Notes under the pieces: model-generated
What the model was told of the DNA's origin: nothing
Databases searched by the model: none
The model's input: only the letters and a program-made list of their open reading frames with translations
Part shown: one piece after another, positions 43,412 to 51,228 of the stretch
Layout of the letters: every line of letters starts with the position of its first letter
Numbering within the stretch: the first letter of the stretch is position 1
Made by a program: the position numbers and the translations under genes
Source: Cellulomonas sp.
Lineage (GTDB): Bacteria > Actinomycetota > Actinomycetes > Actinomycetales > Cellulomonadaceae
DNA length: 64,000 nucleotides
Assembly (NCBI GenBank): GCA_017882855.1
Contig: JADGOR010000001.1
Coordinates: forward strand, 11,901-75,900
Direction: 5' to 3'

Positions 43412-44217
43412 TCCGGCTTGTGCGCGACGAAGATCGCCGTCCCGGGGATCCGCTCGGCACGCACCGCGCTCCAGCCGCCCCAGGTGTCGTCCGGCCCGGC
43501 GGACCATTCCGGCTCGATCAGCCGATCGAGCACCCAGCCGGCCCCGGCGATCTCCGCGATGTGGTCCCCGATCGTGCGGTGATACTCCGCGTACACGAGC
43601 CGGCCGTCCTGATCGCGTTCGAGGTACGGCGTGCGGTCGAAGTAGGAGTGCGACACGGTCAGCCCGCGCTCGGTCGGATCGTCCGGGAAGGCCCAGCGGA
43701 TCGGGTGCGTGACCGAGAAGACCCATCGACCCCCCGGGCGCACCACCCGGGCAACCTCCGCGTGGACCGCGGCGGCCTCCGCAACGAACGGGATCGCGCC
43801 GTAGGCGGTGAACGCGAGATCGACCGACGCGTCCGCGAGCGGTAGCCGTCGGGCGTCCGCCTGCAGGCACGGGACCGAGGTGGCGAGTGTGTGGTCGAGC
43901 CGGCGCGAGGCGGCGAGCATCGCGGCGGAGACGTCGGTTGCGATCACGCGGGCACCAGCGCCGGCCAGCCAGCGACTGCACTGGGCCGCGCCGGAGCCGA
44001 TCTCGAGCACGGTCCGGCCCCGGACGTCGCCGAGAAGTCGCGCGTCCGACTCCCGCAGGCCTTCGGGGCACCAGAGGAAGTCCGCGGGTCCCAGGAACGC
44101 GCCGTGCTCCTCGAGGTACTCCTCGGCGTGAGCGTCCCACCAGTGGCGCCCGGTGCCGCGCGCCTCGTCGTCGGGCACCTCGGCGAAGGCCGCCGTGGTC
44201 GCGTCGTCGGAGTCCAT
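43408..44217 (-). CDS. Class I SAM-dependent methyltransferase
   Basis: 269 aa. It has the motif I VLEIGSGAAQ, plus DLAFTAYGAIPF and VRPGGRWVF. Confidence 0.8.
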   Translation of the reverse strand: MDSDDATTAAFAEVPDDEARGTGRHWWDAHAEEYLEEHGAFLGPADFLWCPEGLRESDARLLGDVRGRTVLEIGSGAAQCSRWLAGAGARVIATDVSAAMLAASRRLDHTLATSVPCLQADARRLPLADASVDLAFTAYGAIPFVAEAAAVHAEVARVVRPGGRWVFSVTHPIRWAFPDDPTERGLTVSHSYFDRTPYLERDQDGRLVYAEYHRTIGDHIAEIAGAGWVLDRLIEPEWSAGPDDTWGGWSAVRAERIPGTAIFVAHKPD

Positions 44218-44359
44218 GACCCCATTGTGGCCGGTTCAGCCGAGCTGCCGGCGGCTTGGGACCACGGTCCCCGGTGGGGAGGGGCAGACTGGCTACGGTG
44301 GTCGTCGGTGCACGCAAGGACGCGGGTCGACCGAGGACCGAGAGTGATGGGAGCCCAGC

Positions 44360-45385
44360 GTGCGCGTCGGACTGTTGACGGGTGGCGGTGACTGCCCGGG
44401 GCTGAATGCGGCCATCCGGGCGGTGGTAAAGCACGGTATCGGTGAGTACGGCCACTCGATCATCGGCTTCCGGAACGGCTGGAAGGGCGTCGCCGACGGC
44501 GATGTCCTGCCGCTCACGCGTGATGACATCCGCAACGTGCTCCCGGTGGGCGGGACGCTGCTCGGCACGGCCCGGTACCACCCGCACGAGGAGGACGGCG
44601 GTCTCGATGCGGTCCGGGCGACCCTCGAGGCGGAACGCATCGAGGCCCTCATCTGCATCGGTGGCGACGGCACCCTGCACGCCGCGAGCGAGGTGGCGAA
44701 CTCGGGCACCAAGATCGTCGGGATCCCGAAGACGATCGACAACGACGTGTGGGGGACCGACCTCTCGATCGGCTTCCACACCGCGGTGAACATCGCGACC
44801 GAGGCGATCGACCGCGTGCACACGACGGCGGAGAGCCACAACCGGGTGATGGTCGTCGAGGTGATGGGCCGCCACGCCGGCTGGATCGCGCTGAACGCGG
44901 GGATCGCCGGCGGTGCCGAGATCGTGCTCGCACCGGAGGAGCCGTTCGACATCGACAAGATCGTCAAGTTCCTCAAGCACCGGCACCGCGCGCACGCGAG
45001 CTTCTCGATCATCGTCGTCGCCGAGGGTGCGATCCCGGCGGCGGGCACCTCGATGTCGTACGAAGCGCCGCTGGGTCCGTTCGGCTCGATCGTCGCCGGC
45101 GCCATCGGCGAGCGGGTGGCCGCGGAGATCGGCGCGCGGACCGGGTTCGAGACGCGGGTGACGGTCCTCGGTCACGTCCAGCGAGGCGGGGCGCCGACGC
45201 CGACGGACCGGATCCTGGGTTCACGGTTCGGGGTAGCGGCGATGGACGCGGTGTCTCGGGGCGAGTCGGGCGTGATGACGGCGCTGCGCGGCGACGAGGT
45301 CGTCCTGATCCCGCTCAGCGACGTGGCCGGGAAGGTCAAGGCGGTACCCGCGGAGCTGCTCATGGTGGCGCACGCTCTGGCCTGA
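44360..45385 (+). CDS. pfkA: ATP-dependent 6-phosphofructokinase
   Basis: 341 aa. The motifs are MRVGLLTGGGDCPGLNAAIR, GGDGT (Gly at the ATP versus PPi discriminating position) and PKTIDND. Confidence 0.92.
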   Translation: MRVGLLTGGGDCPGLNAAIRAVVKHGIGEYGHSIIGFRNGWKGVADGDVLPLTRDDIRNVLPVGGTLLGTARYHPHEEDGGLDAVRATLEAERIEALICIGGDGTLHAASEVANSGTKIVGIPKTIDNDVWGTDLSIGFHTAVNIATEAIDRVHTTAESHNRVMVVEVMGRHAGWIALNAGIAGGAEIVLAPEEPFDIDKIVKFLKHRHRAHASFSIIVVAEGAIPAAGTSMSYEAPLGPFGSIVAGAIGERVAAEIGARTGFETRVTVLGHVQRGGAPTPTDRILGSRFGVAAMDAVSRGESGVMTALRGDEVVLIPLSDVAGKVKAVPAELLMVAHALA

Positions 45386-45395
45386 CGAAGGCGCT

Positions 45396-45425
45396 TTGGC
45401 ACCTGCTCAGACGGATGGGTAGAAT
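45396..45425 (+). promoter_or_regulatory. Candidate rpsA promoter (TTGGCA-N18-TAGAAT)
   Basis: The -35 TTGGCA is at 45396-45401, followed by an 18-nt spacer and the -10 TAGAAT at 45420-45425. This leaves a 5' UTR of about 70 nt that contains three TGTCC repeats. Confidence 0.5.
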
Positions 45426-45502
45426 AATCGGCGGTGCGCCACGTCCGCGCGTCAATTGTCCTGTCCGCCCTAGTTTCTGTCCGCATCGGAGCACCTACCT
45501 CT

Positions 45503-46975
45503 ATGACCATCACTACCCCCTCGAAGTCGACGGCACCTCAGGTCGCCATCAACGACATCGGCTCAGAGGAAGACTTTCTCGCCGCCATCGACGCCACCAT
45601 CAAGTACTTCAATGACGGCGACATCGTCGAGGGGACCGTGGTCAAGGTCGACCGCGATGAGGTCCTCCTCGACATCGGCTACAAGACCGAGGGCGTGATC
45701 CCCTCTCGCGAGCTGTCCATCAAGCACGACGTCGACCCGGATGACGTCGTCAAGGTCGGTGACGCGATCGAGGCCCTGGTGCTCCAGAAGGAGGACAAGG
45801 AAGGCCGTCTGATCCTGTCCAAGAAGCGCGCCCAGTACGAGCGCGCCTGGGGCACGATCGAGAAGATCAAGGAAGAGGACGGCGTCGTCACCGGTACCGT
45901 CATCGAGGTCGTCAAGGGCGGCCTGATCCTGGACATCGGTCTGCGCGGCTTCCTGCCCGCATCCCTCGTCGAGATGCGGCGCGTCCGCGACCTCCTGCCG
46001 TACATCGGCAAGGAGATCGAGGCGAAGATCATCGAGCTCGACAAGAACCGCAACAACGTCGTGCTGTCCCGCCGCGCCTTCCTCGAGCAGACCCAGTCCG
46101 AGGTCCGCTCGACCTTCCTGCAGACCCTGCAGAAGGGCCAGGTGCGCCCCGGTGTGGTCTCCTCGATCGTCAACTTCGGCGCGTTCGTGGACCTCGGCGG
46201 CGTGGACGGCCTGGTGCACGTCTCGGAGCTGTCCTGGAAGCACATCGACCACCCGAGCGAGATCGTGGAGGTCGGCCAGGAGGTCACCGTCGAGGTGCTC
46301 GACGTCGACTTCGACCGGGAGCGCGTGTCCCTGTCGCTGAAGGCGACTCAGGAAGACCCGTGGCAGGCGTTCGCCCGGACCCACGCGATCGGTCAGGTCG
46401 TGCCGGGCAAGGTCACCAAGCTCGTTCCGTTCGGCGCGTTCGTGCGCGTCGAGGACGGTATCGAGGGCCTCGTCCACATCTCGGAGCTGGCGGTCCGCCA
46501 CGTCGAGGTGCCCGAGCAGGTCGTACAGGTCGGCGACGACGCGTTCGTCAAGGTCATCGACATCGACCTGGACCGTCGCCGCATCTCCCTCTCGCTCAAG
46601 CAGGCGAACGAGGGCGTCGACCCCGAGAGCGAGGACTTCGACCCGGCGATGTATGGAATGGCCGCTGAGTACGACGAGAAGGGGAACTACAAGTACCCGG
46701 AGGGCTTCGACTCGGAGACGAACGAGTGGCTCGAGGGCTTCGAGACGCAGCGTGAGGCCTGGGAGGCGCAGTACGCCCTGGCACACACCCGTTGGGAAGC
46801 CCACCGCAAGCAGGTCGCCGAGGCGACCAAGGCCGACTCCGAAGCGGCGAACGCGCCGGCCGACGCGGCCCCGCCGAGCAGCACCTACAGCTCGGCCCCG
46901 GTCGAGCCGGCTGAGGGCACTCTCGCCTCGGACGAGGCGTTGGCCGCGCTGCGGGAGAAGTTGACCGGCGCCTGA
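45503..46975 (+). CDS. rpsA: 30S ribosomal protein S1
   Basis: ATG 45503. The protein has four or more S1 repeats (GDIVEGTVVKVDRDEVLLDIGYKTEGVIP...) and an acidic C-terminal tail. Confidence 0.95.
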   Translation: MTITTPSKSTAPQVAINDIGSEEDFLAAIDATIKYFNDGDIVEGTVVKVDRDEVLLDIGYKTEGVIPSRELSIKHDVDPDDVVKVGDAIEALVLQKEDKEGRLILSKKRAQYERAWGTIEKIKEEDGVVTGTVIEVVKGGLILDIGLRGFLPASLVEMRRVRDLLPYIGKEIEAKIIELDKNRNNVVLSRRAFLEQTQSEVRSTFLQTLQKGQVRPGVVSSIVNFGAFVDLGGVDGLVHVSELSWKHIDHPSEIVEVGQEVTVEVLDVDFDRERVSLSLKATQEDPWQAFARTHAIGQVVPGKVTKLVPFGAFVRVEDGIEGLVHISELAVRHVEVPEQVVQVGDDAFVKVIDIDLDRRRISLSLKQANEGVDPESEDFDPAMYGMAAEYDEKGNYKYPEGFDSETNEWLEGFETQREAWEAQYALAHTRWEAHRKQVAEATKADSEAANAPADAAPPSSTYSSAPVEPAEGTLASDEALAALREKLTGA

Positions 46976-46996
46976 GCCGGGGTCGGTTGTCGTTAG

Positions 46997-47032
46997 GTTC
47001 GGGCCGGTCACCTTCGGGTGGCCGGCCCGAAC
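46997..47032 (+). terminator. 16-bp stem with a TTCG tetraloop after rpsA
   Basis: GTTCGGGCCGGTCACC-TTCG-GGTGGCCGGCCCGAAC forms 15 Watson-Crick pairs plus one G-U pair. It lies 22 nt after the rpsA stop. It falls inside the rejected N-terminal extension of the coaE track ORF. Confidence 0.6.
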
Positions 47033-47060
47033 CGCTTCACATCGTGGTCGACGCGGCGGC

Positions 47061-47066
47061 TAGTCT
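47061..47066 (+). promoter_or_regulatory. -10 hexamer TAGTCT placed for a leaderless coaE transcript
   Basis: The TANNNT hexamer ends 7 nt before ATG 47074. Confidence 0.4.
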
Positions 47067-47073
47067 CGCTCGC

Positions 47074-47670
47074 ATGCTGCGCATCGGGCTGACCGGCGGG
47101 ATCGCCTCGGGCAAGTCGACCGCTGCGGCGCGGCTGGCGGAGCTCGGCGCCAAGGTGATCGACCACGACCTGCTCGCGCGGGAAGCCGTCGCACCAGGGT
47201 CCGACGGTCTGGCCCGGGTCGCGGCGGAGTTCGGGGCGGACGTCGTCAGCCGCGACGGGACACTGGACCGTTCGGCGCTGGGCGCCATCGTCTTCGCCGA
47301 TCCCGAGGCCAGGGACCGGCTCAACGCCATCGTCCACCCGATCGTGCTGCGGCTCGCGGACGATGCGGAAGCCGCGGTTCGGACCGACGACCGGGGCGCC
47401 GTCGTCGTCCACGACATCCCACTGCTGGTGGAGACCGGCCAGGCGGCCGACTTCGATCTTGTCCTGGTGGTTCACGCGTGCGAGGAGGTCAGGGTCGAAC
47501 GCCTGATGAGGGAGCGCGGGCTGAGCCGGGTGCAGGCGTTGGCCCGGATCCGCGCTCAAGCCACCGACGAGGACCGACTCGCCGCCGCGACCGTGGTGCT
47601 GGCCGGCGGCTCCACCGTCCACGATCTGCGGCGCCAGGTGGACACGTTCTGGCGGGACCGGGTCGGCTGA
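47074..47670 (+). CDS. coaE: Dephospho-CoA kinase
   Basis: MLRIGLTGGIASGKST is a P-loop at the very N-terminus, as is usual for CoaE. 198 aa. Confidence 0.9.
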   Translation: MLRIGLTGGIASGKSTAAARLAELGAKVIDHDLLAREAVAPGSDGLARVAAEFGADVVSRDGTLDRSALGAIVFADPEARDRLNAIVHPIVLRLADDAEAAVRTDDRGAVVVHDIPLLVETGQAADFDLVLVVHACEEVRVERLMRERGLSRVQALARIRAQATDEDRLAAATVVLAGGSTVHDLRRQVDTFWRDRVG

Positions 47671-47684
47671 TCCCGGCCTGAGGG

Positions 47685-47706
47685 TGTCGGTGGCAGGACG
47701 TACCGT
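47685..47706 (+). promoter_or_regulatory. RecA-NDp-type (PafBC-type) DNA-damage promoter for a leaderless uvrB
   Basis: TGTCGGTG (47685-47692), N8, then TACCGT (47701-47706). The -10 ends 6 nt before ATG 47713. This matches the consensus tTGTCRgtg-N8-TAnnnT. Confidence 0.55.
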
Positions 47707-47712
47707 GGTGTC

Positions 47713-49815
47713 ATGCGCCCGATCACGGATCTCCAGCGGAAGCTTGCGCCGTTCGAGGTCATCGCCGACTACCAGCCGGCCGGCGACCAGCCGCAGGCGA
47801 TCAAGGAGCTCACCGCGCGCGTCACCGCCGGTGAGAAGGACATCGTGCTCCTCGGCGCGACCGGTACCGGCAAGTCCGCGACGGCGGCGTGGCTGATCGA
47901 GAAGCTCCAGCGGCCGACTTTGGTGATGGCGCCCAACAAGACGCTGGCGGCCCAGCTCGCGAACGAGTTCCGGGACCTGCTGCCGAACAACGCGGTCGAG
48001 TACTTCGTCTCGTACTACGACTACTACCAGCCCGAGGCGTACGTCCCGCAGTCGGACACGTACATCGAGAAGGACTCCTCGATCAACGAAGAGGTCGAGC
48101 GGCTGCGGCACTCGGCGACGAACTCGCTGTTGACCCGGCGCGACGTCGTCGTCGTTGCGTCCGTGTCGTGCATCTATGGCCTGGGCACGCCGCAGGAGTA
48201 CATCGACCGGATGGTCTCGCTCTCGGTCGGCGACCACATCGAGCGCGACATCCTGCTGCGGCGGTTCGTGGCGATGCAGTACTCGCGCAATGACATGGCC
48301 TTCACCCGCGGAACGTTCCGAGTGCGCGGCGACACCGTGGAGATCATCCCGGTGTACGAGGAGCTCGCGGTCCGGATCGCGTTCTTCGGTGACGAGATCG
48401 AGGCGATCCAGACGCTCCACCCGATCACCGGTGAAGTCCTCCGGTCCGAGAAGGAGATGTACATCTTCCCCGCGACGCACTATGTCGCCGGCCCCGAGCG
48501 GATGGAACGCGCCATCGCCGGGATCGAGAGCGAGCTGGAGGCGCGCCTTGCCGAGTTCGAGCGTCAGAACAAGCTCCTCGAGGCGCAGCGACTCAAGATG
48601 AGGACGACGTACGACCTCGAGATGCTGCGCCAGATCGGCACCTGTGCCGGGATCGAGAACTACTCGCGGCACATCGACGGCCGCGAGCCCGGGACGGCGC
48701 CGAACACGCTGCTCGACTACTTCCCGGAGGACTTCCTCCTGGTGATCGACGAGTCGCACGTCACGGTTCCGCAGATCGGGGCGATGTCCGAGGGTGACGC
48801 CTCGCGCAAGCGGACCCTCGTCGAGCACGGCTTCCGGTTGCCGAGCGCGCTCGACAACCGGCCGCTGCGGTGGGAGGAGTTCCAGGAGCGGGTCGGTCAG
48901 ACCGTCTACCTCTCGGCCACCCCGGGTCCGTACGAGATGTCGGTCTCCGACGGCGTCGTCGAACAGATCATCCGGCCCACCGGACTGGTGGATCCCCAGG
49001 TGGTCGTCAAACCGACGACCGGGCAGATCGACGACCTGCTCGAGCAGATCAGGCGCCGGGTCGAGAGCAACGAGCGGGTGCTGGTGACCACCCTGACGAA
49101 GAAGATGGCCGAGGACCTGACGGACTACCTGCTCGACAAGGGAGTGCGGGTCCGTTACCTGCACTCGGACGTGGACACGCTTCGGCGGGTCGAGCTGCTC
49201 CGTGAGCTCAGGCTCGGTCAGTTCGACGTGCTCGTCGGCATCAACCTGCTCCGCGAAGGTCTCGACCTGCCCGAGGTCTCGCTCGTGAGCATCCTGGATG
49301 CCGACAAGGAGGGCTTCCTCCGCTCCGGTCGCTCCCTGATCCAGACGATCGGCCGGGCCGCCCGCAACGTGTCGGGCGAGGTCCACATGTACGCGGATGT
49401 CATCACCCGGTCGATGGCGCAGGCGATCGACGAGACGAACAGGCGCCGTGAGAAGCAGGTGGAATACAACACGGCCCATGGGATCGACCCGACGCCGCTG
49501 CGCAAGAAGATCGGCGACATCACGGATCTGCTTGCCCGCGAGGACGCGGACACGGCCGAGCTGCTCTCGGGCTCGGGCGGCGGTGGTCGAAGCCGTACCA
49601 AGACCGGCGGCGGGCCGCCGCAGGGCATCGGCGCGCGGACGCCGAGCCGGTTGGCGGGCGCACCGGCGAGCGAGCTCGCGTCCCTCATCCAAGAGCTCAC
49701 CGACCAGATGCACGGTGCCGCCGCCGAGCTCCAGTTCGAGCTCGCGGCGCGGTTGCGGGACGAGATCTCGGACCTCAAGAAGGAGCTTCGTCAGATGCAG
49801 GCGGCGACGGCGTGA
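47713..49815 (+). CDS. uvrB: Excinuclease ABC subunit B
   Basis: 700 aa. It has GATGTGKS, helicase motifs and a C-terminal UVR domain ([14 protein letters not shown]). Confidence 0.96.
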   Translation: MRPITDLQRKLAPFEVIADYQPAGDQPQAIKELTARVTAGEKDIVLLGATGTGKSATAAWLIEKLQRPTLVMAPNKTLAAQLANEFRDLLPNNAVEYFVSYYDYYQPEAYVPQSDTYIEKDSSINEEVERLRHSATNSLLTRRDVVVVASVSCIYGLGTPQEYIDRMVSLSVGDHIERDILLRRFVAMQYSRNDMAFTRGTFRVRGDTVEIIPVYEELAVRIAFFGDEIEAIQTLHPITGEVLRSEKEMYIFPATHYVAGPERMERAIAGIESELEARLAEFERQNKLLEAQRLKMRTTYDLEMLRQIGTCAGIENYSRHIDGREPGTAPNTLLDYFPEDFLLVIDESHVTVPQIGAMSEGDASRKRTLVEHGFRLPSALDNRPLRWEEFQERVGQTVYLSATPGPYEMSVSDGVVEQIIRPTGLVDPQVVVKPTTGQIDDLLEQIRRRVESNERVLVTTLTKKMAEDLTDYLLDKGVRVRYLHSDVDTLRRVELLRELRLGQFDVLVGINLLREGLDLPEVSLVSILDADKEGFLRSGRSLIQTIGRAARNVSGEVHMYADVITRSMAQAIDETNRRREKQVEYNTAHGIDPTPLRKKIGDITDLLAREDADTAELLSGSGGGGRSRTKTGGGPPQGIGARTPSRLAGAPASELASLIQELTDQMHGAAAELQFELAARLRDEISDLKKELRQMQAATA

Positions 49816-49854
49816 CGCAAGGACGCTCCGCTCGATGACCTATGCTGGACCGCG

Positions 49855-49990
49855 TTGGAGGGGAGTACTCCCTCGCGGAGGTGCCGTCATCACGGCCGGC
49901 CTGAGCGCCGGCCCGGTGCCACCGGTTCGGCGTCGTGAACGGCGCCGAGTGGAGGAGACCTCCGGTACCCGTCTCCTTGTACCGGAGGAC
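49855..49990 (+). promoter_or_regulatory. Candidate yybP-ykoY (Mn2+) riboswitch with an SD-sequestering expression platform
   Basis: GGAGG-GGAGUAC (49857-49868) resembles the conserved P1/GGGGAGUAG segment. The closing strand GAGA-CCUCC is at 49955-49963. The helix CUCCCUCG/CGAG(U)GGAG can form between them. A 9-bp hairpin (CUCCGGUAC 49960-49968 with GUACCGGAG 49979-49987) buries the SD GGAGG (49984-49988). The downstream gene is a TerC-family protein. Confidence 0.4.
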
Positions 49991-49995
49991 TGTCG

Positions 49996-51000
49996 ATGAC
50001 CGCGCCGTTCTGGGTCTGGGCCCTCACCATCGCCGGACTGGGCGTCCTGATGGTGATCGACTTCTATGCGCACGTCAGGAAGCCGCACGAGCCCTCGTTC
50101 CGGGAGTCGGCACTCTTCTCGGGGATCTTCGTCGCGTTGGCGATCGCCTTCGGAATCGGCCTGACGCTGGTCTGGGGCACCCGGCATGGAGCCGAGTTCT
50201 TCGCCGGCTATGTCACCGAGTGGAGCCTGTCGGTCGACAACCTCTTCATCTTCCTGATCATCATGACCAGGTTCGCAGTGCCGCGGATCTATCAGCAGAA
50301 GGTGCTGATGGTCGGCATCATCATCGCGCTTGTGTTCCGGGGCGCGTTCATCCTGGTCGGCGCCGCCGCGATCTCCCGCTTCTCCTGGGTCTTCTACCTG
50401 TTCGGCGCCTTCCTGGTCTTCACCGCGATCGTCCTCGCCCGTGAGGACCACGACAGCGAGACCGAGTTCCACGAGAACCGGTTCCTCCGGATCGTCCGTC
50501 GCGTCATCCCGTCGACGAGCACCTACCACGGCGATCGGCTCACAGTTCGAGACGGCCGCCGACGGTTGATGACACCGATGCTCGTCGTGATGATCGCCAT
50601 CGGGAGCACCGACCTGCTGTTCGCCCTCGACTCGATCCCGGCGATCTTCGGTTTGACCAAGGAGCCGTACATCGTCTTCGCGACGAACGCTTTCGCGCTG
50701 CTCGGGCTCCGGCAGCTGTACTTCCTGCTGCATGGCCTGCTGCGCCGGCTGGTCTACCTCTCCGAGGGGCTCGCCGTGATCCTCGGGTTCATCGGGGTCA
50801 AGCTCGTCCTCGAGGCCTTGCACACGAACGAGCTGCCGTTCGTCAACGCTGGGAAGCCAGTCGACTGGGCACCCGAGATCCCGATCTGGCTCTCTCTCGT
50901 GGTGATCGTCTGCAGCCTCACGGTGGCGACGGCCGTGAGCCTGATGAAGACCAGGCGCGACGCTCTCGCGGCCGCGGGACCGGCCGAGACCGAGGCCTAG
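49996..51000 (+). CDS. TerC-family integral membrane protein
   Basis: 334 aa and polytopic. The motifs are EWSLSVDNLFIF... and LFALDSIPAIFG. Confidence 0.88.
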   Translation: MTAPFWVWALTIAGLGVLMVIDFYAHVRKPHEPSFRESALFSGIFVALAIAFGIGLTLVWGTRHGAEFFAGYVTEWSLSVDNLFIFLIIMTRFAVPRIYQQKVLMVGIIIALVFRGAFILVGAAAISRFSWVFYLFGAFLVFTAIVLAREDHDSETEFHENRFLRIVRRVIPSTSTYHGDRLTVRDGRRRLMTPMLVVMIAIGSTDLLFALDSIPAIFGLTKEPYIVFATNAFALLGLRQLYFLLHGLLRRLVYLSEGLAVILGFIGVKLVLEALHTNELPFVNAGKPVDWAPEIPIWLSLVVIVCSLTVATAVSLMKTRRDALAAAGPAETEA

Positions 51001-51183
51001 ACCGGACGGCCCACCCACAGACGGAGGACGTGGCTCCATGGTCGGATGCTGTGTCGCGGACTGGGCCCCTGCTCGGAGAAACGGCCGGTCACCTGAATTT
51101 CGCTTGCAGCGAAACGCTCGCCGAGGAAGCGGCGATGCGCGCGCCGCACAACACTCCCCACGTCAACCCGGCGGGGGAGGGGA

Positions 51184-51199
51184 TCGAACAGGTGTGCGA
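51184..51199 (+). promoter_or_regulatory. LexA (SOS) box-like palindrome upstream of uvrA
   Basis: TCGAAC-AGGT-GTGCGA matches the actinobacterial consensus TCGAAC-N4-GTTCGA at 11 of 12 positions. It ends 30 nt before the uvrA start. Confidence 0.45.
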
Positions 51200-51200
51200 A

Positions 51201-51222
51201 TGTCCCCGACGCCGCATAAGAT
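51201..51222 (+). promoter_or_regulatory. Leaderless uvrA promoter with partial RecA-NDp resemblance
   Basis: TGTCCCCG-N8-TAAGAT. The -10 ends 6 nt before GTG 51229. The upstream element shares TGTC and the N8 spacing with the NDp motif but has C at the R position. Confidence 0.4.
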
Positions 51223-51228
51223 CTCCCC

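Noticed and set aside
47008-49713. A 901-aa minus-strand ORF. Similar ones lie at 51469..54033, 54542..56983, 43226..45175, 17128..18681, 25202..26881 and 12541..14283.
   Set aside because: All of them lie antisense to well-supported conserved genes (uvrB, uvrA, uvrC/rapZ, pfkA, trpB, gltD, trpE) and have low-complexity, Arg-rich translations.
51098-51114. A small palindrome TTTCGCT-TGC-AGCGAAA between TerC and uvrA.
   Set aside because: It is a 7-bp stem with a 3-nt loop and no T-tract, and it lies about 100 nt from either gene. That is too weak to call a terminator or an operator.
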